A DNA stretch of 64,000 bases from Camelus ferus. Its lineage: Eukaryota. The stretch is from assembly GCF_009834535.1 (NCBI RefSeq), contig NC_045697.1, forward strand, positions 53,694,001 through 53,758,000, given 5' to 3'. The position numbers and the translations under genes are program-made. The notes beneath the pieces are model-generated. The model was given only the letters and a program-made list of their open reading frames with translations. It did no database searches and was not told the origin of the DNA. Below are positions 63,755 through 64,000 of the stretch, one piece after another (position 1 is the stretch's first letter; each line of letters begins with the position of its first letter).

Positions 63755-64000
63755 TGTGGGAGCCCATGACTGGGTTAACAAACTGTAATAATCCCAGTCA
63801 CTTACCTCCTTAAAGAAGATGTGCTTAGTACCTGCCTTGAGGTTTTAGCAATGACCCAGGCCCCCAGCTATAAACGCTGGGCATGCCTGGTGTTAGTCTT
63901 CTATCCCCAAAACAGCCTTGGGCTGGAATGGTAAACAACTTATAGAAAGCTGCAGACTCAGAGGTGAGAAGGCTGGTTAGCCAATGACAGGTAAGACCCC
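63755..64000. mobile_element. Probable LTR start, truncated by the window edge
   Basis: L1-like sequence breaks abruptly at TGTGGGAGCCC (a TG terminus) into unrelated sequence. The family is not recognised. Confidence 0.35.

Overview
Mammalian genomic DNA from a tandem UDP-glucuronosyltransferase 2 (UGT2B-type) cluster. It is probably camelid, inferred from four tRNA-derived SINEs resembling the camelid vic-1 family. Two genes lie on the + strand. The first is a disabled UGT2 pseudogene (489-25611) with stops in exon 1, no recognisable exon 2, and frameshifts in exons 4 and 6. The second is an apparently intact six-exon UGT2B gene (37683-59529, 1593-nt CDS, 530 aa). More than half of the window is transposon-derived: three full-length young LINE-1s (1255-8804 -, 9590-16699 +, 41135-48342 -), a 1-kb doubly deleted mini-L1, and older L1, L2, MIR, MaLR and LTR remnants. 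Most ORF-track entries are L1 fragments or their antisense shadows. The most notable observations are: two L1s at unrelated sites that share the same inactivating lesions (RT YADD->NADD plus two frameshifts); the mini-L1; an ancient MLT1 LTR fragment re-inserted with a poly(A) tail and TSD into a young L1; a roughly 400-nt L1 inter-ORF spacer carrying a splice-acceptor-like tract and a 75-codon ORF overlapping the ORF2 start; and a recent duplication or conversion of exon 6 plus 3' flank between the two UGT paralogs. I found no evidence of a wholly new gene system. All alignments were done by eye and no database searches were run.
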